Shown here in pieces: positions 29,211-43,940 of a stretch of DNA of 64,000 nt. Within the stretch, counting starts at the first letter, position 1, and each line of letters opens with the position of its first letter. Under the pieces are notes generated by a model. It was not told the DNA's origin, ran no database searches, and saw only the letters and a list, made by a program, of their open reading frames with translations. The translations under genes were made by a program, and so were the position numbers. Source of the stretch: the human T2T-CHM13v2.0 reference genome, Homo sapiens; NCBI RefSeq assembly GCF_009914755.1, contig NC_060931.1; one strand, given 5' to 3'.

Positions 29211-32200
29211 CTCATTTTGCCCCTGCCAAGGTTCACATCTCTCTCTTCCTTCCTCCTAAAACCCCCTCCCCTGCTCATTCCTCATCCCTTCTCTTCTCTA
29301 TTCCAAGAGAAGAGAAACCTTACCTGACACCTCCTTGCTTTTGCCTGAGGTCAATTGTTTAATGTCTCTGCTCTGAACAGATTTCGATTCTTCAAGAGGA
29401 AATCATATGGCAATTTGAGAAATAACCAGGATAATCAATAAGCTGGTATACTCAGGGGAAGGAGTTCAATGCTATATAAAGTATGGCTTTTAAACCTATA
29501 CTCAGTAGTGGAAAAATCAGAGTATAATGTGTTCAACTTATAATAAGTGATTATTGGTTATTTTACTCCTATCACCTGGTAATCTATTTTGAAGTTCAGG
29601 AATTCTTTTTGGAAAGTTACTGTTATAATTATGCACTGTATCATGCATGTTATACAGTGACTCCTGGCAGAAAAACTGCATACCTACAGAAGTCCTAGCG
29701 CCTAAAGAAAAAACATGAACCTAATTGTTTATACCTAGTGTTGCTTGACAATATCTATGAAGCAAAGTTAGTGGCCAAGCTTATTTGAGTGTCTTAGCTA
29801 AAGAAAGATGCATTCTTTTTCCAAACTCATAGAGCATTTCCATGCAATTGTGTTCCAAGTCTACATATCATAACTCTGAGCTGGTGCTGTCAGCATCAAA
29901 GTAACATGCTGCTTTGCAGTTAGCTTTTTGCTTAGTTTCTAGTATCAGTTTTCATGGAATTTTTTCATTGTCTTTACCCACTGATACATCAGTGTACTCT
30001 TCTGCTTGGTACCAAAAACGGGGATACAAAACGTGGAGAAACCCTGGGACTGAGCCTTGGGTTCCTGCCCTCTGTGCCACTAACTCCCCGTGTATCCCCT
30101 CCTCCTCTGCACCTCCAGCTCTTCCTCTGTAAACGACAACCTGTGAGTCTCCAACTTATTGGCTATTTTTTTCTTAAGTGATGTTTGTGTGTGTGTGTAT
30201 GTGTTTATGTGTATTTATTTGTTTTAACTAGCCTATTAGGTCTTATTTAACATCCAGTAAAGCTCTGTTTTTAAGCCAGATATTTATGCTTCAGAGTAGG
30301 TTGGAACCCCTTGTGTAATCACCTAGTATATTTCTACCCATTTTGTGGAACTTTGAATATAATTGTACTATTTTTAGTTACTACTTCAGGTTCTAGTTTA
30401 CATTTATGGCATTTTTTTTTTCAAGCATTCGTCATTTATTTGATGTCTCAGAAACACAACCTTCAATTGTAAAGCTGTTTTAAAAGAAAATTTGGTCAAT
30501 TATTTGATAATTAACTATTTTCCAGTGAGGTTTCCAGAAAAACATTGTCATACAACCAAAAGCTGCCTGTAATTGCTTTTGAAAGGATCAAGTTCTTAGA
30601 TAAACTCAGGATTCAACACTGATATCAAAGGCATAAGGTTAATGACCAGGGTGCCTAGCCGGTTTTATTGTTCTAGAATTTAAGTGTTTAATGACAGACA
30701 TCATATGAGTCACCCAATAGTGGCTCAATACTTGTTGAATGAATGTATGTCTGTATTCATGTGCTACTTGATATATAAGTAATGGATTCAAATAAGAGAA
30801 AGGATAGTGTAGGAGGAATCTCAGAATATGGAGTACAAAGACTTAATTGTTTGCCCAAATTCTGAGCTGCAGTTTTATATTGGCAATTGAAAATTACTCA
30901 GAAATAAAAAAGTTAACTATTTAAAATATAGAATATATTGTTAATAATATAGGCAAAAGAACAAAAGTTATGCTGCTAGGAAAGAAAAACTGTAACTTAA
31001 ACTAAAAGTATAATGATAGAGAAATTTTAAAGAATTTCTTCTCATACACGTTATATAGAGCTGAGTCAAATAGGAACAGGTGTTTTCAAAACATAATAAA
31101 TCTCTCATACTAATGCATTTGAACTTATCACACACCTTGACCTGTGATTAACATCTTGGCCTCTAATTGGAGAAGCTGTTCGAATCCTGGTGTTCTGCTA
31201 CCAACCCAGCCTCCATAAGGGTGATGTGTTTGTGTCTTTCTTTTAGACCAGGAGCCTGCATGGTGGCAAAGCTGCCTTAGCAGAATGGTGTCTGCAATTT
31301 ACTCTCTAGACCTTTGCCTCTGCCATAGCCTTGGTAACTCTAACCTTGCTTCTTCTAGAAGAGGCTAAATTATGCATAATAGTTTTTCTGTGCTCAGCCT
31401 TAAGAACACATCACATAAACCACTCCAAAATACTTACACAAGGACAGAAAGATAGACTGACAGAAGAAACTATGCATTTATGCGTTCCTGGATTGAACAT
31501 GTCAAAACGTAACTGACTGTCATTCTAAATTTTCTCTCTCCAGTTCTGAAATTAAAATGGCAGAGACAGTTTGCGGGGATTCTGATTGCTTTCGTAATAT
31601 TGCTTAAGTTTGTAATTGGTGCATTAACTTCTTATCATACATGTTATATTTTGTGTAAAACCTTCATTTCCAGAAACAGCACGCTGGGAAGAAACTTAAA
31701 GAGCACTGTCAAGGGGTCTATGTGGAAGTGATTCCCAGGAGCTCACCATCTTAGGAACTATTTTGGACAGGAGTAGGAGAGATACTGATTTTGAAAAACC
31801 CAACAAAAAATTCTTTTTCTCACTTCTTATTTGTTCCCTGAGCTTAATTAACTCTTTGTTGTTATTTTAGAAATTTGAAAAATAGTAAACCCACAGAAAA
31901 GTTAACAGTGCAGTGAATGCATATGTACCATATACTGACTGAGATTTCCTGACCACTGACATCTTGCTATACTCACTCTATACTATCTCCAAATATATAC
32001 ACACATTTCCTTGCCAAACCATTCAAAAGTAGGCCACAGACATAATGGCCTCTATTCTTAAACTCTTTAGCATGCATTTCCCAAGAAGAAAGACATTCTC
32101 TTATGTACCCATATCATTACCATATGTATTAGTTTTATGTTGTGGCCTTGTAACCAATAACCACTGTTGTCAATAGTCTTGGCCATTTGAGTCTGTCCTG

Positions 32201-32551
32201 ACCTTTCCCCTGCTCTGTTCTTTATTACAGGGGAACTGACTTTGCAGGCAGCATTTCCTAGGCTCTTAGGGCAGTTATCTCAGGTCTGGGCTCAGCAATA
32301 GGAAGTGGTGATGAAAGATTTGGGGAATAGGACCAGGAGAGAGAGAGAGAGAGAGAGGGAGAGAAAATAAATAAAATGTGATCAGATACAGCACAGGTCT
32401 GCAGACCAATCCCTGAAACCTTTTGTAATGTTTCGTTCATAATTGCATCAGGTCTGCTGAAAGCGCAGATTTTTTTTTTTTCTTTTTTGCTTTCCTTTCA
32501 GTAGCTAACAGAATTCTTTAAAGACTAAATGGAGACAATTTTGAGCATCTT

Positions 32552-32742
32552 TGGCAAAATTTCCTTAAATGAATTCTTGTCAGATAGACCTTTTTAAAGA
32601 TTGTAATTGTGTGGTAAAATTAAGTTAAATAGGTTTAACACTCCTGGCAAAATTACCTTAAATGAATTCTTGTCAGATAGAGCTCTTTAAAGATTATCAA
32701 TAATTATGTGGTAAAAATTAGGCTTAACAGGTTTAACATTCT
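32552..32742. repeat. Diverged tandem duplication, ~93 bp x2
   Basis: tggcaaaatt(t/a)ccttaaatgaattcttgtcagataga...aggtttaaca starting at 32552 and 32645. Confidence 0.9.
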
Positions 32743-34382
32743 TCTTTAGTTTCATAGGCTTCTATGTGAGCCTGTTGGCCAACTGATTTGGAAGGCAAGT
32801 CCTCAGATGGGATCCAGTACCCAAAACATTCATGTTTTGAGTTCTGATTTCTGCTCCTGGCTGTGTCAGATCATCTTTGAGCAATTGCTGAGTGCCTGTT
32901 ACCTCTGAGTTTCTGTTACTTCACCTTCTGAAGACAATGTTAATTTGCTGCCTGTTTCACTCAAAAATACATAGTGTCTTCATTAAATAATGTGTTATCA
33001 TAATAAGCAGAAGATGAAGGGTACATAAAAATTCAGGCCTAGAAAGTGGAAATAATACTGTCCAGTTGCCAGGCAGCAGCCATTCTGGCTGCGAGGTCTT
33101 CTGCAGGGGACAAGTGACTGTGTCTTCCGCAAGCCTGGAGCCACCAGTCCAGACCAGCTTCAGGCCAGTGCGCCCATTGCCTCCCACCTTGGCACAAGTA
33201 ACTAATACCCAATGTCCTCCAGTTTTATGTGCTGGGATTCCTGGCGTGCCCATTTGAAAGTTCTCTCATATGTGGTGAGACGTTCCGTTTTTCTCTTCAC
33301 TAAAACGTGAAGTTGTTTTTTGGAGAACATATGGACAGTATAGAAAAGCACAAAGCATGATACATTTCTGCAGTTGACATTTTGGCATATATATCCAACC
33401 TTTTTTCTGCTCATATATTTATTTATTTTCTTAATATCATACAGTACCTATAGTTGTATAAGTTTATTTTACACAACTGCATATCATAATGAAAAATAAG
33501 CTACACCAAACATTTTTCTATGTTACCAAGTTTTTTATATACATAATTCCTAATGACTTCATGGTTTTCCATAGTATAGATAGATCATAATTTAATAAAT
33601 CAGAGGGATTGGAAAAAAATCTGTAGTCAAACAGCTAAAGCCATCCCTTTAAGGTTATTCTAACACATAAAAACCTTCCACCAAGCTCTTTGACACACAC
33701 AAATCCTCGAAGGAATGATTTTTTGTGTGAAATGGTTATAGCTGTCAATCACTTATTCTCTGTGTCATGGTTTCTGTGCTCTTTTCAGGTTGTTAGGGGG
33801 TGATTATGGATTCCTGTCAAATGAGATGTCTGCTGTGTATTCAACATGAAGCAGTTTGTATTTTTCTCAGTCTATTGCTCTCCTGTCTGAGGAGGTTAAG
33901 CAAATCCCAGTGAGCCAGAGGGAAACGGGATAGGCATCAAGCGCTGGCAGCACACGGCAGACATGCCCAGGGCCCAAGATCCCCACTCAAGCAGATTAGA
34001 CTTCTTACATAAATACATTTGTCTTAATTGTCGCATTCCACCTAGGGCTACACCTAATATGCATAAAAATGGCTCCAAGCCTGGTTTTCAAAGCCATTTG
34101 CCCCCCGCTGTTGCTTTTTCACCACCCAGCTCAGAGGCATTTTTTGTGTTATATCTATCACAGATGATTAAGGGGCTCGAAGAGTTGATATATAAGGGCA
34201 GATTAAGAAAACTAAATATTTACAACCTGACTGAGTGACAGCCAAGGGAAATACTGTAAATGTCTTCTGGGCTCAAATCACGGAGGAGACATTGTTTTGC
34301 TTTTCCTAGTAAGTGGATTTTAGAGCTATCCAAATTCAGAGAAAGTTTTCTTGGGATGACATCTCGTATGCTAATTAGATAA

Positions 34383-34907
34383 ATGAGTCAGCTAGAAATT
34401 GCATTTAGCAGCTACTAACAGAAACTTGAAATAGCAGTGGCTTAAAGAAGTAGGGTTTCATTTTTCTCTGCTATGACATGAAGCTCAAAAGCATTTTTAT
34501 TGTCTGGGACTGCACTATTGCTCCATGATGGCATCAGTGCACCATTGCCCCACCATCTTTGGGCTCCATTATGCTCAGCACTGGCTTCCATACTCAAGGT
34601 CACCCGATGTTTGAGAAGAGCTACTGCAGCCCCAGTTGCCGTGGCTTCATTCCATGAAGAGAGAAGGCAAAAGAGTCTCTGCCAACTAAGATTGCTTAAG
34701 AGAGCTTCCTTGATGCCCATCTACTGATTTCAGTTTACATCTCACTGGCCACCACATCTGCAAGAAGGGCAGGAAAACTTGGTGGGGTTTTTTGTTTTGT
34801 TTCATCTTAAGTTGGGCACATTGCTGACCCCAACAACATCAGGGTACTTTTACCAAGAACGCATGGGATAATGGATACTGGGTAGGCAGCTAATGGTTTC
34901 TGTCACA
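34383..34907 (-). mobile_element. Old MLT1 (MaLR) LTR
   Basis: agcagtggcttaaa...gggtaggcagctaatggtttctgtcaca terminus. Confidence 0.6.
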
Positions 34908-35939
34908 ATAATTAACATCTTGAAAATTCTGATGAAAGTCTGGGCTGTAAGACGCTGTGGTTGGTATTTGTAAAACTAGCCCTTGATATGTAACATACTT
35001 CCTCCTGCTCACTCTTACCTAAATTCATTCATCATCCCACTAAATAAACTAGCCATCTCAACAGACCTAAGAATAATAACAACAATAGTTTTTACCAAGT
35101 AAAAACTGTTTGCACTGTGTTATGCACTTAAAAGCATCCCCTGAATGATTTGCCTTAAAATATTCTAAAGTGGTGATGGGGAGGCATAAATAAGGATAAA
35201 TGGAATAAGACTTCCATGAGTTGCTAATAGTTGAAGCTGGAAGACAGTTACATGGGGGTTTGTTATACTCTTCTTTCTACTTTCATAATTATTGAAATTT
35301 TCCCAATGAAAAGCTTTAAAAATCACACTTAATCCTTACATTACTTCATATCAGGTCAGTTCTTTTACCTCCAGATAATAATGCTTGGAGTTAAGCAGTG
35401 TCACACAACAAGCAAGTGGCAGATTCAGTATTCAAACCTGGGTTTATCTCACTTTGAAGTCTGTGTCCCACCCTTGCCACTCAAGGAAAACACTTTTCAG
35501 ACAAGCAGCCTGGGCATCACCTGGAAATCAGTTAGAAATGCAGAATTCAGGGCCCCACCCCAAGACCTTTTCCAAGCCCCTCAGATCAGATTGGTGCACA
35601 CCCACATTCCATGCGCTCGGTTCACTGCTCTTCATTGCCTCAACATCAGCTGTGACGTTTCCTTTAAAAAAGATAACCCTCGGCTAAAATAAGGAGGCTA
35701 GTCGTGACTCATTACTTGGTAGGATAAACATTTTAGATAACGATTTGATTCACAGCAGTTGTTTCTTTCAACATTGGGCATCTGCTGTAGTGCTGGGCAC
35801 TAAACACCTATGTGTCAATTAAGCATCTTTCTATGTGTCAACAATTTTTATTAATCACTGCATGCTCGAAACTTAATTTGGCTTGTTCTAGTTAAATTAA
35901 GCCCTTGCTTCTTCTCAGGTAAGGTGTGTGAGATTTTAA

Positions 35940-36380
<441 letters not shown>

Positions 36381-37310
36381 TTCAGTCATCTTTTCTAATT
36401 TTAGCCCTCTTCCTTTTTAAAAGGAAAGAGAGCTGTGGAAATTAGGAAGCCTGAGTCCTAGCTTTGCCACTCATGTGTCATGTAGGCAGAACAGTTAACT
36501 GTTGGAGCCTCCAGTTCTTCATCTCTGCAGTGGCTGAGCTATATGATCTCAGGTCCCTTCCAGCTTCATCCTTTGTAACCCCCTGTAACTTGATTTTTCA
36601 ACCCCGCCCTGCCCCCTGCAAAACATTTTGAAGATATTGGGCTCTGCGTGAAACCCACTAGATTATATTTTTCCAGTCAGTAAAAGGATCCCAGCATTGA
36701 TTTTTTTTAATTGGTTTCTTTTTCCAAATGCTAAATGCCTTAATACTTATACTTTATGTGTGTTGGATCCTTTTTAGAACAACTAAGTAAATGAATAAAT
36801 GAAGCCTGTCATCCATCTCAGTTGTAACCTCCTCTTTTAAAGAGGCTGGATCGTCTTTGCTTTTGAACATTATTCAATATTTTCTAGGTGCCAGATTAAC
36901 TTGGTTATTTTATTTTCACTACAATAAACTTTAAACCATGTACATATTTAACACCCTAAGCTGTTTATCAACTTCTATAGCATAAGAAGAGGCAAGGAAA
37001 ACACCTACAGGAGAGCAGTATAGACGCCATCCCCAGGAACCGTCACTGTATAAATCAGGCCCATACTGGTCCCTGTTGAAGGCACAATCATTGGAGTCAC
37101 TTATTTCTTCTTCCAAGAACTTTTTCCCTTATCAGAATCATGTTAAGCAGGCATGTGATAGTTGTCTCACAAAGTTAAACCTAGGAAAAAGAGCACGCTG
37201 TAAAATAGTGCTCATGTCAGTCCTTGTGCTAGGTGTGCCTAAAACAGTGTTGCCCGGTCCTACCTTTTCCATGCTGTATATATGAAGTGTGTTTCTGATT
37301 TGCTTTTCAG

Positions 37311-37489
37311 GGCAGCTTTTGGCAAGGAGTCTGAAGTTCTTATTGGGAACCTGGGTGATAAATTAATCCCTCCACAAGACATCCTTCGTGACGTCAGTGA
37401 CCTCAAAGCCTTGGCCAACATGCATGAAAGCCTGGAATGGTTGGCAAGTCGAACAAAGTCAGCTTTCTCCAATCTTTCTACATCCCAGA
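37311..37489 (+). CDS. EXOC4: EXOC4 internal coding exon, 179 nt, phase 2-1 (probably exon 14)
   Basis: Translates as (R)[59 protein letters not shown]. Acceptor tgcttttcag|G at 37310, donor A|gtaagt at 37490. Phase matches the upstream exon (AG+G = Arg). Confidence 0.96.
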
Positions 37490-38201
37490 GTAAGTATCTA
37501 GTAGGAAGCTGTTGTGGGGACAGTTGAGGAACTAGACTGAATGCATTCATTGAAAGATGAGAGTGTACACTGGTCACCGTATGGGGGCGTGTCCCAAGCT
37601 GTCAGAAGATCCTGGTTAGAATTCTGCTTGTGTTGCACCTCTTGTACTTTGTGATTCTGGGAAAGGAACTAATCTTGGTTTCCCTGTGTGGAATGTGGGA
37701 ATCCAGGAAAGGCCCATGTTAATGTGGCTTGATATTAACATGGCCTTAGAAACATAAATTCATCTAGGATTGAGCCATTAAGTCTCAAGAACAGAAAGCA
37801 ATACCTTTTTTCCTCCTTACAACAACTTCTCAAGGGCAGAAACTGTCTCGGAGCTCAGGGCTGTATGCACAGCTGACATTCTCATTTTACTTGACATAAA
37901 GCTAATCTTTTTATTAGTCATAGAAGTGATTAAGGTGCTAGAAAATAGAGTCAATGAAGACAACAATTATTCTGGAAAAAAGATGGCTAAGAGATAGCAA
38001 TTACAGATTTCAAAGAAATTAAGGAACAGAACATGAAATTAGGGGGAACCTCTTTTTCTATGAAGGACCAGTGACTTAGAGAAAAATAATTTGAAAACTT
38101 TAGGGCACATAAACTTTAATAACTATAAAATTATATTTAAAGCATTACTTCAGGAGTATGTATAACACAGTTAAAATAGAGACAAAGAAAACATGATATG
38201 A

Positions 38202-38470
<269 letters not shown>

Positions 38471-38959
38471 AAAAGACAGATTTAGATGTGTGAATGGAGA
38501 GATAGAAACAGGATAGAAAAAGCAAAAGAAACAGCAGGAAGGATAAGGAAGCAAAATCACCTCTGAATTTAATATTAGGGCTATTAGACAGTTATTAGAA
38601 AGAAAACACATTATTTGGACTGTACATGTCAGAGTGAGCTTTTTTTAATCACCGTCATTTGAGAAGGTATTATTACTTGATTAACCATGTTTCCAGCCTA
38701 GAGATGGAAAGGTGTGGATTAAATTCACAGAGTAAATTATTCGCTTATCCTCTAAGAGTCTAAGGAACCCCTTGAGTGCTCACTACTTGCATGGCCTCAT
38801 GCTGATTCTCTGCCTATCCCAAGGGCCAATGCAGGGTGGGAAGAAGGGACTGAAGCAGTGGGCTTCAGAGGGAGATCATAGAATCTGCACCAGAAATCTC
38901 CTTAAAATATTACTGCATATTTATACTTTTATTCTTACGTCTTTTATTGAAAATACTAC

Positions 38960-39081
38960 TTATTTTTGAGACAGTCTTGCTGTATTACCCAGGCTAGTCT
39001 TGAACTTCTGGCTTTAGGTGGTCCTCCCATTTCAGCCTCCCAAGTAGCTGGGACTACAAGCATGCACCACCATGCCCAACT
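38960..39081 (-). mobile_element. FLAM_A-like Alu monomer
   Basis: Single-monomer Alu sequence. Confidence 0.8.
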
Positions 39082-40403
39082 CTAAAAGACTGCTTTTTAT
39101 CTGATGATGAAATTATACAAGTTTATTCTCAGAAATCTATAAGAATAGAAAATGTGTCTACCAATTAAGGATAGTTTGGGCACAGTATTACTTTTGAGCA
39201 GATTTTACATAAGGAGGTATCCGTAAAGGCCCCTTTAACTTTATAATCCCATAATATCAGGCAGTTCTATTACAAGCAGCAGTTTAAATTATCCATTTTG
39301 TCTCCCAAACCCACTCTGCTCCCTTCTCCCCTCTAGAAAAAGTCAGAAAGAACTAATTTTTTCTTTGCTAATTGCAAAATGAGCAGCTCTAAAAAAGGGG
39401 CCACTTGCCTCTTTTCCTAGTTTTCTTTGACTTGCAAATGCAGAGCTGCTTAGGTAGTTTATTTAGTAATGTTTGGAAGGGGTGCTCTCATTTAGTATGT
39501 CATTAGCATCTAATATTTAATGCTACAATCTCTTATTTCTAATGACATACCATTCTAGATTTCTATTCTGCCCATTCTAAAAGGGCTTCACAAAGCAAGA
39601 TAGTACATAACCTGTGTAGCAAGCCACTGAGTGATTTACACAGGCTAACCTGGCATCAACTGTTTTCAAAAGGAGAAAGATGCATTCTGAGTTATGCTTA
39701 ACTTTGTAATTGCACGATTTAGCTGTTGTGTTCATGTCACTGAAAGTACCCAGTAAAGTTGATGTCTAATTCATGCCTATAATCATCTCTGTTATTCTGA
39801 CAAAGATCTCATCTACCACGCCTGTTAATCCTTTGCCTCATGTGCTCAGTTCCATTTTATAATATAAGTTGTACCCTCTCAGTTCCTTGCAGGGTGATTA
39901 TTCCACCCAGTGAGTGATTTAAGTAACTGTCAGCATTTTGAGGATCAGTGCAAAACCCAAGTGAACTGTAATCACTACTTATGGTGTCTGCTAAAACAAA
40001 GCATCAAGCAAGCCTGGTTTATCCTACTAACAGCAAGCCTGGCTCACCCCCACTTATGTGCTCTTTGAATTCCCAGGAGAGATGCCCATTGATGTTTATA
40101 ATTTGAACAAAGCAGGGGATTCTCTGATAATGGCTTACTTTGATTGCCCTATGTCAATGTGACTCTAGAAAGGGAACAAGGGGACAGCTTTTTATTATTT
40201 TTTTTTTTTTGAAAAGTGAACCAAATGATTACTGCAACAAAAGTGTTTCCAAGTCTGGAGACTAGAGAACATGAGGAAAATGCTCAGCAGGATGGGAAGA
40301 ACTCAAGAAGATCTTCAGTTTATTTCTTGTTCCACATTCTGTTAACTATTTGGTATGGTAAAGGCCATGTTTTATTAAGCTTAAGAAGCTATTGCTGTGA
40401 TAG

Positions 40404-40783
<380 letters not shown>

Positions 40784-41239
40784 TCATGTCAGGTATTACA
40801 TTTAGAAGAAAGTAGAGAAAAAAGTTCTACATTTTAGTTGCAGAGCATGGCTGGCTATACATTGTTCAGGAGGTTAAAACTAATTATTTTTTTCCTAAGG
40901 TAATTTTTTCATCTCTTTTAGTGTTTGCCTAAATGTTTCTCTATCTCCTTTACACATAAAAGGGTCTCCTGGTTGTATCTAGCTCCTGACCACACCAAAG
41001 GTACCACTCTTGCATTTCCCCTACCACACAGTACACAGTTCCCTGTTCCTTCTCCTCTGGTATTCTCCCCTCAGTCTTTCTGACACTGTTTCTGCTTAAG
41101 ATTCTTTCAGTTGAAAGTCACAGACTTAATTGAAGGAAAAAGAATGCATTGACTCATACAGCAGATAAATCAAAGGACTTCAAGAGTGGCTGGATCCAGA
41201 GGTTCCCAAAATATCGTCAGGTCCCAGGCATGCTTACAG

Positions 41240-41241
<2 letters not shown>

Positions 41242-41271
<30 letters not shown>
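41242..41271. repeat. (CT)n microsatellite
   Basis: About 14 CT units. Confidence 0.95.
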
Positions 41272-41274
<3 letters not shown>

Positions 41275-42404
41275 TCTAAGTTTCTACATGTTTTCCTGCA
41301 TTCATCACAATTTCAACCTTGTAATAAAGGCACAAATAATGCTGGCTCTTTGTAATGCCTGCTGTTTGTAAGATCCCTAAATAAAGACTCCAAAATTGTT
41401 ATCATTAAGAAAATTCTCAGAACAATATATGACCTACATAAAAATTGTTAGACTATTTTTCAGTTTAACAGTAGTGATTTTCTTTTGCATCTTATCCTCT
41501 TGTTTTAAAGATGGATTGTTTTTAAAAATAGACTACACAGAATTTGAAGGAGGCTCAAGGGCTTATTTTGTCACCATGGCTTCCTTAGGGAGGCCCTTCT
41601 CTCTATCTTGGATTCTGTAAAAATCTCTGGGATTAGAGATTCTACAACCTCCTTGATTATATATTCTACTCCATACCATCTAGGAAGTCTTTTTTTTTTT
41701 TAAGTGAAGCCCCTGTGCTTCAGTCTAAACCTCATTCTTCTTTTGTACTCTCTTCAGAAATTAAATAATTACTATTAATGACTATTTTCTCTATAAAATA
41801 TTGTAATGCATCCAAAAATATTTCTGTAGCCTCTTCTAATTTTTTGGGCAAATAAATCTCATAGTTTTGGTTGCCAGAATTGGTTTGTGAATTGCAGTAT
41901 TAGTTATACAATTATTTATATACTTATTTCTTACAGGTAAATTATTGTTAGGTATCTTAGAAATCATCTGGTCTAACTCAGTCATTTTGCATATGAGGAA
42001 ATTAAGGTCTCAGGGTGGTTATATCACCTGTCTGTGCCAAACTGAGATGGAGCAGGTCTTCAGAATCCCAGTTTAATTTTCTTTCTACTACGTCAGTTAG
42101 AGCCACTAATTGGACCGTTCATGCCGTATTCCTATTAAACCATTCCAGCAGGGTTGGCATATTTTGTTTTAATGGAAGCACTTTAATGCTTACAAGCAAG
42201 TTGTGGTCATTTCTGATCATTTTCTTGTGCCTAAACAGAATTTCTACACCTAAATATATGGAATTATTGTACAAACCCCTCTTGAATTTCATCTTAGTTG
42301 CAATAAAACATTTCTGTAATTTGCCACTCTCTATTTTTGTTTTGCAAGTATTTTCTAAGTTAGAAACTCCATCTGTCTTGTTATCATGCCGTGTAATATA
42401 TTCT

Positions 42405-42592
42405 AGATATTGCATTGCCCTATATATTAGCCACTAGCCTTGTGTGGCTATTTAAATTTAAATTAATTAAAGTTAAAAATGTAGTTCCTCTGTCATACTA
42501 GCCATGTCTCAAATGCTCAGTGGCTGTTATATTGGACAGTATAGGTATAGAACACTTTCGTCATCACAGAAAGTTCTGTTGGCCAGTGCTGT
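42405..42592. mobile_element. MER3-like hAT element
   Basis: tagccactagcc..gtggctatttaaatttaaattaattaaa...acagaaagttctgttggccagtgctg. Confidence 0.7.
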
Positions 42593-43419
42593 AGATCATC
42601 ACTGAGGTCATTGATAAAGGTTAAAAATAATGCCAGTCCATATTCTTAGCCTTTGAAAGATACTTGAAATGCCTACCTAGTTCTATCAAAACATGGTGAA
42701 CTACTTTAATTGTCCAGCCTCAGATCACATGTACCCTCCTGATGAAGGTTGATGTTTTTGGCTCTGCATTATCAAAATTTCTCCTATTGATGTTAACTAA
42801 TGCTAAAGGGAAAAGGTTTTGTGATCAAATAGACTTGGAAAATATTAAAGCACATTAAATATAATTCAATACCAGAAAACCTCTAAAATCTTTACTATAT
42901 TAACCAGATAATTACAGCAGTGGAATGTTTCTTAAACTTACTTTTCAGTGAAATTCTGTTGTCCCAGCGTATCTCACGGGGCTTTTTATCCATGAAACAA
43001 CTTCTGGGTGACACTGCCCAATGCTATATTTATGTAATTTGTTTAGAATATTTTATTTCTCCCGGCACCATCAGGCTCAGGGCAGATGTTCCACTATTGC
43101 GGGAACTTAATTTCATATTATTGGCAAATTTGCATACCATCAGATGACTTATTTTGCAATTTGGTTATTTGATTATTTGATTCATTTAGTGATTTTTAGA
43201 AATGTTCAAGTCAGCCAATATAAAATAACCATGGTTTCCCTTTCCGCCTGTTTCAGGCTTGGCTACTGCTATAGTGACCCTTTTCCAGTCATTGTGCTTT
43301 TCTCACAATTCTCAAAGATTCTAGCTGCAATTTTATAACACACCCCAATTCATGCAATAATGTCAATGTATCCATGGTGGGGGTCCTGGGATTGATTTAT
43401 GATAAAAATTTTGTTGTAT

Positions 43420-43940
43420 AATATTTTTAGATTTAGTGTAAAGTTGCAAAGATATTACAGATAATCTCCTTATCTCTCTCATCCAGTTCCCCTATTGTTA
43501 ATATATTAGTATGATACATATGTTACAAGTAATGAATCAATATTGATACATTATTATTAATGAAAGTCTATACTTAGTTCAGATTTTCTTAGTTTTTCCC
43601 TGATCTTCTTTTTCTGTTCTAGGATCTCATCCAGGATATATCACATTTATACCACAGTTTTCCCATATCACAGTTATCACATATATCACATAGTGATGTC
43701 TCCTTAGGCTCATTTAGACTGTGACAGTTTCCTAGACTTTCCTTGTTTTTTGTGACCTTGAGAGTTATAGGAATTCTGGTTGGGTATTTGTAGAATCTTC
43801 TTCAATCTGGGTTTATCTGGTGTCTTTTCCTGATTAGACTGGGCTTGTGGGTTTTCAAAAGGAAAACTACAGAGGGGAGGTACCATTCTCATGAAATCAC
43901 ATCAAGGGTACATATCATCAGTGTAACTGATTACTGATGA
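43420..43940 (-). mobile_element. L1MB-type 3' UTR fragment
   Basis: aaagttgcaaagata, ttgatacattattattaa, tctgttctaggatctcatccaggat. Confidence 0.75.

Noticed and set aside
37282-37527. The 81-aa ORF as a standalone gene or processed pseudogene
   Set aside because: Canonical splice sites and phase continuity show it is an EXOC4 exon with intronic read-through.
42015-42437. 140-aa ORF
   Set aside because: Non-ATG start, overlaps MIR and MER3 relics, no recognisable homology or exon structure.
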